From an uncultured Verrucomicrobiales bacterium (GTDB taxonomy: Bacteria; Verrucomicrobiota; Verrucomicrobiia; Verrucomicrobiales; DEV007): a DNA stretch of 42,996 bases. Under the pieces are notes generated by a model, which was not told the DNA's origin, did no database searches, and was given only the letters and a program-made list of their open reading frames with translations. Both the position numbers and the translations under genes were made by a program. Shown one piece after another: positions 29,589 to 39,262 of this stretch. How positions within the stretch are numbered: the first letter of the stretch is position 1; each line of letters begins with the position of its first letter. The stretch covers positions 1-42,996 of the forward strand of contig CALKOM010000017.1 of assembly GCA_938091905.1 (NCBI GenBank). The letters run 5' to 3'.

Positions 29589-31775
29589 ATGATATCCACA
29601 ACGCTAGCGAAGCTAGAGCTCCTAGCAATCATGCTACTCGGCCTCACCTTGGGCAATGCATCAGCTCAGGCCAAATCGCCAACCGCAGCGAACGAAAGCT
29701 TGGAGACCATCCTCGCCACCATTCGCAGCCGCACCAACGACGACCACCCCTTCTTCGGCGACGCTGCCGCGCGAAAGCTCCGCCGAGAGTTAAAGAGCCT
29801 TGTCCCCCGGAATGATCCCGGCACGTACCTGAAGACCTTGATGGTCCTTGGGAACCAGGAAATCGATCTCGGGAACCTCGACGAAGGCATCGCCAGGCTA
29901 ACCGAAGCCTATGACTTTCTGAATCAACTCAAAGTCCCGAATTCCATTCGGGCCGAGATCTGCGCCAGCCTCGGAAATGCCTATCTCCGATTGGCAGAAT
30001 CCGAGAACTGTTGTGCCAGCTACTCCCCCGAAAGCTGCATTGTGCCACTCACAGGCAACGCCATTCATCAGAAACGCCATGGGTCAGAACAGGCGATCAA
30101 GTACTTTGCCGAGGTCTTCCCTCTCCCGAAGGTCGATCAGAGTCTAAAACTCAAGTGCGCCTGGCTTACCAATGTCGCCTACATGACACTAGGTGAGTAT
30201 CCAGACAAGGTTCCCTCAGGCATCCGCATTCCTCCAGCCACATTCCGGTCCAAGCTCCCCTTCCCTCAGTTCGCGAACATATCTCACACACTCGGACTCG
30301 ATCAATTTAACCTCGGCGGCGGAGCCATCATGGATGACTTCGATGGTGATCACGACCTCGATCTGATCACGTCTTCCTGGGACACCGCAGTTTCTATGCA
30401 GTTCCACCAGAATCAAGGGAACGGAACGTTCACCAACCGCAGCGTAACAGCGGGCTTGGCCAACCAGTTAGGCGGCCTCAACCTCGTCCAAGCAGACTAT
30501 GACAACGACGGCGACCTTGATGTCTATGTCTTGCGCGGCGCATGGCTCGGCGCCCTCGGCAAACATCCCAACTCGCTCCTTCAGAACCAAGGGGACGGCA
30601 CCTTCATCGATCGCACCCTCGAATCGGGTCTCGGAAAGTACCACTACCCCTCGCAAACAGCTGCCTGGGCCGATTACGATAACGACGGTGACCTTGACCT
30701 CTATGTCGGCAACGAAACCATCCCGAACGAAATCACGTCTCCTTGCCAGCTCTTCAGGAATCAGGGCAACGGCACCTTCATTGAATGTGCAAAGGCTGCC
30801 GGAGTCACCAACGAACGCCTCGCCAAAGGCGTTGCTTGGGGAGACATCGACGGCGACCGATGGCCCGACCTCATCGTCTCGAACCTCGGCGAAAAGAACC
30901 GACTCTATCACAATCAAGGTGACGGGACGTTCGTCGATCGCGCTGCTGAGCTAGGAGTAGACCGCCCAATCTTCAGCTTTCCTTTATGGACGTGGGACTA
31001 CAACAATGATGGTCTCCTAGATCTCTTCATCTCTTCCTACGACCGTAATGTTGGCAACGTGGTCATACACAGCATGGGCCAGCCCACCAAAACGGAACCA
31101 CCTGGACACTATCAAGGCACTTCCAAAGGCCAATTCACCAACAGAGCGAAAGCCCAAGGGCTCACCCACCCCATGATGCCCATGGGAAGCAATATCGGTG
31201 ACCTCAACAACGACGGCTACCTCGATTTCTACCTCGGCACAGGCGAACCACAGATTTCCGTCATTCTACCTAACATGATGTACCTAAATCTTCGTGGTGC
31301 CCGATTCGCTGACATCACTATGGCTGGCGGCTTTGGGCATCTTCAGAAAGGCCATGCCGTGGTCTTCGCTGACTATGACGAAGATGGCGACCAAGATGTC
31401 TTCGAACAAATGGGCGGCGCCAAACCGGTCGACAAGTATCGCGACGCCCTCTACGCCAATCCAGGCTTCAAGAACAACTGGCTAAAAGTTAAACTCGTCG
31501 GCACGCAGTCAAATCGCTCCGCCATCGGTGCCCACATAAGCGCCGAGCTTGTCGAAGGTGACAAGAAACGCACGGTCTACCGCCACATCGGCAGCGGCGG
31601 CAGCTTTGGAGCCAACCCACTCCGCGAACACATCGGCCTAGGGAAAGCCACCCAAGTTGCCAAGCTTTACATTTATTGGCCCACGTCGGACCAACGCCAA
31701 ACCTTTGACAATGTCAGCGGCAACCGATTCATCGAAATTACCGAAGGCTCCAACGAGCTCCGAGTCATTCGCTGA
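29589..31775 (+). CDS. Secreted TPR + FG-GAP + ASPIC/UnbV protein (CRTAC1-like)
   Basis: N-terminal TPR-like helices with ENCC...SCIVP; DYDNDGDLD repeats; GFGHLQKGH; NRSAIGA..SGGSFGANP. ATG 29589 directly follows the upstream stop. Confidence 0.92.
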   Translation: MISTTLAKLELLAIMLLGLTLGNASAQAKSPTAANESLETILATIRSRTNDDHPFFGDAAARKLRRELKSLVPRNDPGTYLKTLMVLGNQEIDLGNLDEGIARLTEAYDFLNQLKVPNSIRAEICASLGNAYLRLAESENCCASYSPESCIVPLTGNAIHQKRHGSEQAIKYFAEVFPLPKVDQSLKLKCAWLTNVAYMTLGEYPDKVPSGIRIPPATFRSKLPFPQFANISHTLGLDQFNLGGGAIMDDFDGDHDLDLITSSWDTAVSMQFHQNQGNGTFTNRSVTAGLANQLGGLNLVQADYDNDGDLDVYVLRGAWLGALGKHPNSLLQNQGDGTFIDRTLESGLGKYHYPSQTAAWADYDNDGDLDLYVGNETIPNEITSPCQLFRNQGNGTFIECAKAAGVTNERLAKGVAWGDIDGDRWPDLIVSNLGEKNRLYHNQGDGTFVDRAAELGVDRPIFSFPLWTWDYNNDGLLDLFISSYDRNVGNVVIHSMGQPTKTEPPGHYQGTSKGQFTNRAKAQGLTHPMMPMGSNIGDLNNDGYLDFYLGTGEPQISVILPNMMYLNLRGARFADITMAGGFGHLQKGHAVVFADYDEDGDQDVFEQMGGAKPVDKYRDALYANPGFKNNWLKVKLVGTQSNRSAIGAHISAELVEGDKKRTVYRHIGSGGSFGANPLREHIGLGKATQVAKLYIYWPTSDQRQTFDNVSGNRFIEITEGSNELRVIR

Positions 31776-33525
31776 TACCCAGGTGCGATTCCAGCGCAGC
31801 CATCACATCATCCACTTCGATCTCGTTCAGACAGCGGTGATCCAAAGGACACTCCGCCAAGAAACAAGGAGTACACTCCACATGCTGCCGTAGTATCAGT
31901 GCCTTCGACGATAACGGCCCCGTCTCAATCGGCTCGCTCGGCCCGTAAATCGCAATCGTCGGCAAACCATACACCGTCGACGCCAAATGCACCCATTCGT
32001 TGTCATTCGACAATAGCATTCCCACACGATCTAGCGCCGCCAACTTCCCTTCCACATCGCCAACTTCCAACTCTAGCACCACCCTATTCTCGCCCAGTTC
32101 AGACTGCAAAGGCAACCAAGCCTCCCGCCCCTCGGCGCTAACCCACACCCGCCACTGAAGGCTATCAGGACTCATTCGAATCACTTCTTCAAATCGCTCG
32201 CGAGGCCACACATAAGACGTTCCAATTTCACTTTCAGGAGCCATCCCTACGGCTTTCAGTCCGGCGTCCGCACACCCACGCTTCATCGGAACTCGTAAGG
32301 TCACATCGTCAACCACCTGCGCACCTAACCGATGCGCCACTCTCAAGTAAGAGCGGTGCCGATGCTCAGGTGGTCCCAGCTTTCTTGGCATGTTCAGCAA
32401 ATCATCAAACTTATCCGACACGGGATGACTCTCCATCCCCGTTGTCCGCGCCACATTAAAGGCCTGCAACTCTGCCAGAGCAGCGCTCTCTTGATTGATC
32501 ACCACGCCCAAAGCAAAAGAACCATTGCCCTCAGACGCCTCACCCACCCTAGCAAATCCATCACATGCATTGACAAGACTCCAAAACGGCTCCATCGATG
32601 CGGTCGTCAACACCGTAAGATAAACATCAGGCCGGCCTCGTTTGATTGCCCGCACCGCAGGTACTGCGAGGCAAGCCTCCCGCACGTCATCTGGCACCCT
32701 TACAAGAACCCTAAACGGAGCCAACCCCTCCACTGATTGCTCTGCTGACAAGGCCAACTCCCAATCAAACCGACTCGGCAACAAACGATTCACCGGCGGG
32801 TACCAACAATCCGCCTCCCAATCCATCTCTGCCGGAGACGCATGAATACGCCGTGCAAAATGCTCCACCAGTGCGGATGTCAGGCGAGTCACAGACCCGT
32901 CTCCCGACATCGCCTCACCGATTTCCAACGTCAGCCCCTCATCATCCACACGACACCAAACCGGCAGCACAGGCACCCCAGTCTCAACCGCGAAAGCCGC
33001 ACCCTTCGACGAAACCGCCGTCAGCTCGCCCAAAAAATCCGTCAGCTGAGCTGAACCCTCCTGTGGGAAAAACGGCAGCTCAAAGGCCAACCCATGCCCG
33101 CGTTCAAGCACCGGAATATGAGCGGACGCATCCTCGTGCAGCCGAAAAACGACGCTCACCACCGGCTTCGGCTCCTGTGCCATCTGCTGCAACAGTCCCG
33201 TCAGAAAACCCTGCACATACACGAGCAGATAGCCTTTCCCCGCCTCCTGCAACGGCTTCAGCCGACTCAACCCATCAAACTGAATCTCCTCCGCAATCTC
33301 GCCAACTGCCGATTCATCCGTCAACCGCCGGTGAATTGCATCAATCTCTGACTGCTTGGAAAGAACCGCCTCGATCGCCGACCTTTCGGGCGCCGCGCTC
33401 TTCAGACGCTCCAGCCCACGGGTCACCACCCGTTCACGATGCCTTCGCGTCTCAACGGCAGGATCGTCCTCACTCGTAAAGAGGGAACTCAGCCCCTTCC
33501 CAATCCCAGAAATCCAACCTTTCAT
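31765..33525 (-). CDS. Fusion of a degenerate lipid A acyltransferase-like domain and a GT9 (heptosyltransferase-like) domain
   Basis: N-terminal FLGELTAVSSKGAAFAVETGVPVLPV..IHASPAEMDW (LPLAT-like). C-terminal LVRVPDDVREACLAVPAVRAIK, SNDNEWVHLA, IAIYGPS, VECTPCFLAECPLDHRCL. Confidence 0.75.
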   Translation of the reverse strand: MKGWISGIGKGLSSLFTSEDDPAVETRRHRERVVTRGLERLKSAAPERSAIEAVLSKQSEIDAIHRRLTDESAVGEIAEEIQFDGLSRLKPLQEAGKGYLLVYVQGFLTGLLQQMAQEPKPVVSVVFRLHEDASAHIPVLERGHGLAFELPFFPQEGSAQLTDFLGELTAVSSKGAAFAVETGVPVLPVWCRVDDEGLTLEIGEAMSGDGSVTRLTSALVEHFARRIHASPAEMDWEADCWYPPVNRLLPSRFDWELALSAEQSVEGLAPFRVLVRVPDDVREACLAVPAVRAIKRGRPDVYLTVLTTASMEPFWSLVNACDGFARVGEASEGNGSFALGVVINQESAALAELQAFNVARTTGMESHPVSDKFDDLLNMPRKLGPPEHRHRSYLRVAHRLGAQVVDDVTLRVPMKRGCADAGLKAVGMAPESEIGTSYVWPRERFEEVIRMSPDSLQWRVWVSAEGREAWLPLQSELGENRVVLELEVGDVEGKLAALDRVGMLLSNDNEWVHLASTVYGLPTIAIYGPSEPIETGPLSSKALILRQHVECTPCFLAECPLDHRCLNEIEVDDVMAALESHLGISE

Positions 33526-33595
33526 CTTCTGACATCTGGGCCCGCTAGACTCTCTACGTCAATGCCGATCGATCAGCAGCCGAATAGAGACAGAC

Positions 33596-34063
33596 TTACT
33601 TGGACTCAGGAACAGGCACCTCTGCTTCTTCAGCGGGCACCTCTGCTTCTTCAGCAGGCACCTCTGCTCCCACGGCAGGGGGCTCAATCGGAGGCACACC
33701 ATCCAAGACAGGTGGCTCAATCGGAGAGACACCAGCGCCATCAGCCGCACCAGCTTCTGGCTCTGCATTAGCATTCGCTGCAGCCTTCACAGCGCTCACA
33801 CCAGCTTTCCGATCCGCATCCCGGTCATAGGCCATTAATGTCGCAATCGTCAAAGACAGCACGAAAAAGGCCACACCCATGATGACGGTCGCACGCTGCA
33901 AGAAATCAGTCGTCCCAGAACCCAGCATCTTATCGGCAATACCGCCGCCAAAAGCTGCGCCAAGGCCCTCCTGCTTTGGACGCTGCATCAAGATCACCAG
34001 CGACATCAGCAAGCAAATGAAGACCAAAATGACCGTTAGGATGGTAGTAATGACACCGAGCAT
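33596..34063 (-). CDS. secG: Preprotein translocase subunit SecG with a Pro/Glu-rich C-terminal extension
   Basis: LVILMQRPKQEGLGAAFGGG, FLQRAT, two transmembrane segments. Confidence 0.93.
   Translation of the reverse strand: MLGVITTILTVILVFICLLMSLVILMQRPKQEGLGAAFGGGIADKMLGSGTTDFLQRATVIMGVAFFVLSLTIATLMAYDRDADRKAGVSAVKAAANANAEPEAGAADGAGVSPIEPPVLDGVPPIEPPAVGAEVPAEEAEVPAEEAEVPVPESK
33615..33668. repeat. 21-bp tandem repeat (~2.6 copies) inside secG
   Basis: GGCACCTCTGCTTCTTCAGC(G/A) starting at 33615, 33636 and 33657; encodes AEVPAEE. Confidence 0.85.
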
Positions 34064-34144
34064 AATAGGAACGTGGAGTATGAGTCAGAGCCTCAACCTT
34101 GTAAAGTGGTGAATTTCCGCTCCGTAAACCGAAACCGGTAACCC

Positions 34145-34885
34145 CTAATCTGCCTCCCAAAAGGCGTACCGCTTCTCCTTCACCGTTACATTAGGCGGCA
34201 CCCCACGAGTCTCAAAGTAGTCGTATCCACCCTTGAGACTGGCCCAAAACGTCCCCCACTTTGCCTCCCTCTTCGACAACTTTCCCAGCCGGCCCGTGGT
34301 CATCCGAAACGGAAAACAATGCACTCTGAAGAACTTCTGCCCGTTCCTCAGAGCCACATCCGCCAGAGTATAGATTTCCTCAATGCGGGCATCCGTCATC
34401 GCATAACAGCCAATCGAAACCCGGTTCCCATGCACCATCAGAAAACTTCCCGTCCTCCCATGCGCCCGATCATAAGCATTCGGATACCCCAAATTGAAAG
34501 CGAGATGATACGAACTTGTCGGATGCATCATCTTCGCAGGCACGTGGTAAAAGCCCTCCGGTGCCTGACCATCGCCCTCCGCTAATTTCGGTCCCAAACT
34601 CCCCGAATACGCCGCAATGGCATAAGACTTAAACAACCGGAACTTCCCATCCTGATGCTCTACCCAAACCTCTAACTCTCGGGACTCCTTGAAAATTCGC
34701 ATAAACACCGGCGATCCAAACACCAAATCCTTGGCCGCAAGCTCCTTTTCTAAAACAGGCCCCACCCGCACTCGTACCTCCTCGGCACGCTTCGAACTTG
34801 GCGGGGCACACTGCAAAGACATCGCGGACATCAGTAATACAGCCAACACCCCTCCACCCACCAACAAATCACTACCAAAGCCCAT
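34145..34885 (-). CDS. Murein L,D-transpeptidase family protein (YafK/DpaA-like)
   Basis: MRIFKE, GPKLAEGDGQAPEGFY, YHLAFNLGYPN, MVHGNRVSIGCYAM. Confidence 0.9.
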   Translation of the reverse strand: MGFGSDLLVGGGVLAVLLMSAMSLQCAPPSSKRAEEVRVRVGPVLEKELAAKDLVFGSPVFMRIFKESRELEVWVEHQDGKFRLFKSYAIAAYSGSLGPKLAEGDGQAPEGFYHVPAKMMHPTSSYHLAFNLGYPNAYDRAHGRTGSFLMVHGNRVSIGCYAMTDARIEEIYTLADVALRNGQKFFRVHCFPFRMTTGRLGKLSKREAKWGTFWASLKGGYDYFETRGVPPNVTVKEKRYAFWEAD

Positions 34886-34986
34886 AAGACCAAACTAGCC
34901 ACCCTATGCCCCTCAACACAAGGACTCCCCTCCAACACTTGCACTTGAAGCCACGCCCTCTTCACCCTACCCTCGGCCCAGATCAG

Positions 34987-35331
34987 ATGGCCACTCCTAG
35001 CCCAGCAACGCCTGCCCCATCCAAAAGTCAAAGCCGTGGCATCCTCACACTCGTCTTCATCTGGCTCGCCTCTGTCCTCGCCGCCGTCGCCTGCTTCTAC
35101 TTTCTTCCCGCCGCTGGCAGCTCGCAAAGCAGCGCCACCTACGGTCTCAATCGCGCCATCCCCATTCTAGGACTAGTCCTCTTCGCTTTGATCGATTCCT
35201 TAGTCGTCCTCGTCAAAACTTTCCGCAAAAGAAAAGCCCTCACCCCCTCCATCCGTAGCCTTGGCTACTCTCCTTTCTTCTTCACCACCGGCTCCCTCGC
35301 TACTCTACTACAACGTATCCTCAGCGAGTAG
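34987..35331 (+). CDS. Hypothetical small membrane protein
   Basis: Three hydrophobic segments; start uncertain (34906 or 34987). Confidence 0.55.
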   Translation: MATPSPATPAPSKSQSRGILTLVFIWLASVLAAVACFYFLPAAGSSQSSATYGLNRAIPILGLVLFALIDSLVVLVKTFRKRKALTPSIRSLGYSPFFFTTGSLATLLQRILSE

Positions 35332-35357
35332 CCGCCTCTACCCTAACACACACCACG

Positions 35358-36281
35358 ATGCTCCAACTCCTCGCAGGAAGCGCACACCTCGATCTCGCCC
35401 AGGAAATCGCGCAGCACCTCAACACAAGGCTCTGTGAAGCCCAGGTCACCACCTTTCCAGATGGCGAAACCTTCGTTAAGATCGAAGAGAACATCCGCGG
35501 AAACGATCTCTTTCTTATTCAACCGACCTGCCCGCCGACAAACCATCACCTGATGGAACTCCTCATCATGGTCGACGCGGTCAAACGCGCCTCGGCCGCA
35601 CGCATCACCGCTGTCATTCCCTTCTTCGGCTACGCCCGCCAAGACCGCAAAGACGAAAGCCGCGTCCCTATCACTGCCAAACTAGTCGCCAACCTCATCA
35701 CCGCAGCAGGTGTCGATCGCGTGCTCACCATGGACCTCCACGCCGGTCAAATCCAAGGCTTCTTCGACATTCCTGTCGACCATCTCTACGCCGCCCCCGT
35801 GCTCATCAACCACATTCGCAGCATGAACCTCGGAGACCTCGTCGTCGTCTCCCCAGATGTTGGCGGTATCAAGATGACCCACGCCTACGCGAAAGCATTG
35901 GACTCAGATATGGCCATCGTCGCCAAAGAACGCCTCAGCGCTACTGAAGTTGCCGCCCATAGCATCATCGGCGATGTCAATGGCCGCCACGTGCTCCTCG
36001 TTGACGACATGACAGAAACCGCTGGCACTCTCGTAGCCGCGGCCGGACTCCTCATCGAACGCGGTGCCAGTTCCGTCCGCGCCATCGTCTCCCACGCTGT
36101 CCTCAACGAACTCGCGCACAAAAGACTAGCAGACTCTCAAATAGAAGAACTTATCTGCACTAACAGCACCCCCATGGCTGCCGGCGATAAAGTCACCGCC
36201 CTCTCGGTCGCTCCGCTCCTAGCCGAAGCTATCAATCGAATCTACCAAGGCAAATCGGTCTCCAGCCTCTTTCAAACATAG
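35358..36281 (+). CDS. prs: Ribose-phosphate pyrophosphokinase
   Basis: FPDGE, PFFGYARQDRK, DLHAGQIQGFFD, VSPDVGG, VDDMTETAGT. Confidence 0.98.
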   Translation: MLQLLAGSAHLDLAQEIAQHLNTRLCEAQVTTFPDGETFVKIEENIRGNDLFLIQPTCPPTNHHLMELLIMVDAVKRASAARITAVIPFFGYARQDRKDESRVPITAKLVANLITAAGVDRVLTMDLHAGQIQGFFDIPVDHLYAAPVLINHIRSMNLGDLVVVSPDVGGIKMTHAYAKALDSDMAIVAKERLSATEVAAHSIIGDVNGRHVLLVDDMTETAGTLVAAAGLLIERGASSVRAIVSHAVLNELAHKRLADSQIEELICTNSTPMAAGDKVTALSVAPLLAEAINRIYQGKSVSSLFQT

Positions 36282-36309
36282 CCTTATCACCTCAAGAAGA
36301 ACCACTCAC

Positions 36310-37074
36310 ATGGCAGATTCAAGCAATGGGGATATCTCCGAGATCTACCTCTCGGGAGAATACACCGATAAGAACCCCACCTTTCATGTCGAGGACTCTT
36401 CTTGGAAGGCCAAGCAGGCCTTAAAAATACTGCAAAGCCATGACTTACACCCCGAGAACATCTGTGAAATCGGATGCGGCGCTGGTGAAATCTTAAATCA
36501 GCTCCACCGACAGCTTCCCGACTCTTGCTTATTCACAGGATACGAACTCTCACCCCAAGGCTTCGCACTCTGCCAGGAACGCACCAAGCCTCGCCTCAGC
36601 TTTCACAACCAGAATCTCTTCACGACTACCCCAAAACCCACCTTCGATCTCATGCTTTGCATGGACGTCTTTGAACACGTCGACAACTACTTTGAATTTC
36701 TCCGCCATCTCCGCCAACATTCAAAACACTTCATCTTTCACATACCTCTCGACATGAACGCTCAAATGGTCGCTCGTGCTGAGCCCATTCAAAGAGTTCG
36801 CCAAAAAGTTGGTCACTTGCACTACTTCTCAAAAGACACCGCACTCGCCGCGCTCACTGACACCGGCTTCCAAATTAAAAGCTGGTTCTTCACTCCCAAT
36901 GGAATCGACCGCCCTCGCACGACAAAGGCCAAACTCGCCAAGCTGCCGCGAAAAATCTTCAGTGCGTTCAGCCAAGAACTAACCGCACGTATCTTTGGCG
37001 GTTATTCCCTTCTCGCCCTTGCCTCAACAACAGCCCACTCAAGCGATGAACCACAAACTTCGCAAACTCGCTAA
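36310..37074 (+). CDS. Class I SAM-dependent methyltransferase
   Basis: EIGCGAG, FDLMLCMDVFEHV, GHLHYFS. Confidence 0.9.
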   Translation: MADSSNGDISEIYLSGEYTDKNPTFHVEDSSWKAKQALKILQSHDLHPENICEIGCGAGEILNQLHRQLPDSCLFTGYELSPQGFALCQERTKPRLSFHNQNLFTTTPKPTFDLMLCMDVFEHVDNYFEFLRHLRQHSKHFIFHIPLDMNAQMVARAEPIQRVRQKVGHLHYFSKDTALAALTDTGFQIKSWFFTPNGIDRPRTTKAKLAKLPRKIFSAFSQELTARIFGGYSLLALASTTAHSSDEPQTSQTR

Positions 37075-37348
37075 TCAGCTAGTTGTCGTCGCTGCCAAAC
37101 TCATCGGCTCTCAAATCCGAGACCACCGGACGAATCAGCCTATCGGCAAAGCCATTCTCCTTCCATTTCGCGGCAAGATTCATCTCCTTGGCTACCACTG
37201 TCCTCAAGAACACGGTCAACACGTCATTCCAGAATTTGACACCCAACAACGGGCCACCTACTGGAAACAAACAATCGTCTTCACACAGCAACCTGAGCCT
37301 GACTACCCTCGTGAGCACCCTCAACGTGATCCTAACCCATCAGAGTAG
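37046..37348 (+). CDS. Hypothetical protein (100 aa)
   Basis: MNHKLRKL...YWKQTIVFTQQPEPDYP. It fills the gap and overlaps both neighbours in operon fashion. Confidence 0.6.
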   Translation: MNHKLRKLANQLVVVAAKLIGSQIRDHRTNQPIGKAILLPFRGKIHLLGYHCPQEHGQHVIPEFDTQQRATYWKQTIVFTQQPEPDYPREHPQRDPNPSE

Positions 37349-38054
37349 GGCTGCCGTTGAAAATATGCTAACTCATTGGAACCGGATTGTCCCAATCGAA
37401 AACATCGCCGTTGCCTACGGAGGACCACTCGAAACCTTTGAATCCATCGAACATCCTCACAAAGCCTTTATCACAAGTGACCGTTTACGCACCACGGACC
37501 ATCAACGAGAGCGCCAAAGTTATCACCCAATCTTCCAAGCAATCGCAGCCCAAAAACTTACAGACGGCCACGAGCACGTGCATCTTACGGAGTTTGACCA
37601 CATTCCATTACAAAACAACATCAACGAACTCCAAGAAACTTTTCTGCAAAACGAAGGTGCGGACGTTTTAGGCTACGCGGTGCGGCGCGTTGACCGCACC
37701 AATAATCCCCACTACCTCACCCACTTACACGAAGCACGCTTCCTTGACTTCATTGCCTCCATCTCCGTCCGCAAGGATAAACGAGCCATCTTCTCCATGC
37801 TTGGATTTGGAACATTCTGGACGAAGAAAGCGTTTCTCGCCCTAGCAAACGTCGACGAACCCTTTCCAATCTATCTGGAGATTTTCATGCCAACCGTGGC
37901 TCATCACTTAGGCTTCCGCCTACGCAGTTTTCCAGCAAGCAGCTACGTCTCCTCTCAGGCAACCTTCTCATCTCCCCAAGTTGAGAAGGCTATTGCCAAC
38001 GGAGAATGGTTCGTTCACCCCGCCAAAGACCAATGGACGGCTACGACTACCTGA
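37311..38054 (+). CDS. Hypothetical protein, possibly a glycosyltransferase-like enzyme (247 aa)
   Basis: GTG start MSTLNVILTHQ; HLTEFDH, YLEIFMPTVAHHLGF, HPAK. Lies directly upstream of glf. Function inferred. Confidence 0.6.
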   Translation: MSTLNVILTHQSRAAVENMLTHWNRIVPIENIAVAYGGPLETFESIEHPHKAFITSDRLRTTDHQRERQSYHPIFQAIAAQKLTDGHEHVHLTEFDHIPLQNNINELQETFLQNEGADVLGYAVRRVDRTNNPHYLTHLHEARFLDFIASISVRKDKRAIFSMLGFGTFWTKKAFLALANVDEPFPIYLEIFMPTVAHHLGFRLRSFPASSYVSSQATFSSPQVEKAIANGEWFVHPAKDQWTATTT

Positions 38055-39181
38055 TCGTCGGGGCAGGCTTCTCGGGAGCCGTTCTTGCAGAGCGTCTCGC
38101 CTCCCAACTCGGCAAGACCTCACTGGTAGTTGATCGCAGAAATCATGTCGCGGGCAACGCCTACGACTTCCATGACGACGCCGGCCTTCTCGTCCACAAG
38201 TACGGACCTCACTATTTCCGCACGAATAGCGACGAAGTCATCAACTACCTTAGCCAATTCACCGAATGGCATCCTGTTCACTACCATATTCTCAGCTGGA
38301 CCCACGGTGACTACTGGCCGTTCCCAATCAACCTCAACACTTTCGAAAAACTCATTGGGAAAAACGCTAGTCCAGCTATCATGGCTCAAACACTAGCCGA
38401 ATGGCGACACGACATCCCTAGCCCCAAAAACTCCAAGGAAGTTGTCCTCTCGCAGGTGGGTACTCGCCTCTACGAGATGTTCTTCGAAAACTATACCCGG
38501 AAACACTGGAAGCGCGACCCCAGCGAACTCGACCCCAGCGTCTGTGGCCGCATTCCAGTCCGCACAAACCGAGACGATCGCTACCTATCAGACAAATTTC
38601 AGGCCATGCCCACCGAAGGTTACACGGCCATGTTTGAGAAAATGCTAGCCACTCCTGGTGTCACGGTCGCTCTCAACACCGACTATCGAGAAGCCAAAGC
38701 TGACATCCGCCACAAGCACCTTATCTACACTGGCATGATTGATGAGTATTTCGACTATACTCATGGTGATCTCCCCTACCGCTCATTGCATTTCGTCCCC
38801 GAAACTCACGATGTGGAGTTTTACCAGCCCACCGTCCAGGTCAACTATCCCAACGATCACGACTACACCCGCATCGTCGAGATTAAACACGTCACTGGTC
38901 AGCAGCACGCTAAAACTTCTATCGTCAAAGAATACCCTCAAGACTTCGAGCGCGGCCGCGAAGCCTACTATCCCATCCCTGCTCCGGACGCCCGTGAACG
39001 CTATCAGAAATACCGACAGCTCGCCAAAACAGAACCCAACACTCTCTTTTTAGGCCGCCTCGCTACCTACCGCTACTATAACATGGATCAGGTGGTGGCT
39101 ACCGCCCTCACTGCTTTTCAGGCAATCGCTGAAAAAGACCCCACCAGCACCACGCCGGACCTTGCGAATCCCGAATCCTGA
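38033..39181 (+). CDS. glf: UDP-galactopyranose mutase
   Basis: IVGAGFSG, HVAGNAYD, HKYGPHYF, LPYRSL, VNYP, YTRIVE, YYP, GRLATYRYYNMDQVV. Confidence 0.97.
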   Translation: MDGYDYLIVGAGFSGAVLAERLASQLGKTSLVVDRRNHVAGNAYDFHDDAGLLVHKYGPHYFRTNSDEVINYLSQFTEWHPVHYHILSWTHGDYWPFPINLNTFEKLIGKNASPAIMAQTLAEWRHDIPSPKNSKEVVLSQVGTRLYEMFFENYTRKHWKRDPSELDPSVCGRIPVRTNRDDRYLSDKFQAMPTEGYTAMFEKMLATPGVTVALNTDYREAKADIRHKHLIYTGMIDEYFDYTHGDLPYRSLHFVPETHDVEFYQPTVQVNYPNDHDYTRIVEIKHVTGQQHAKTSIVKEYPQDFERGREAYYPIPAPDARERYQKYRQLAKTEPNTLFLGRLATYRYYNMDQVVATALTAFQAIAEKDPTSTTPDLANPES

Positions 39182-39262
39182 CAAGATAGTCGGAGAACAG
39201 GCGCCACCCGGGAACACACAGCTCACCATTGAATCCACCCACCATCGGGGCTACATAGCTCG

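Noticed and set aside
25973..31775. Recurring GACAACGACGGCGACCT-like DNA repeats as a CRISPR or repeat array
   Set aside because: They are irregularly spaced codons of DxDxDG FG-GAP motifs, and there are no cas genes.
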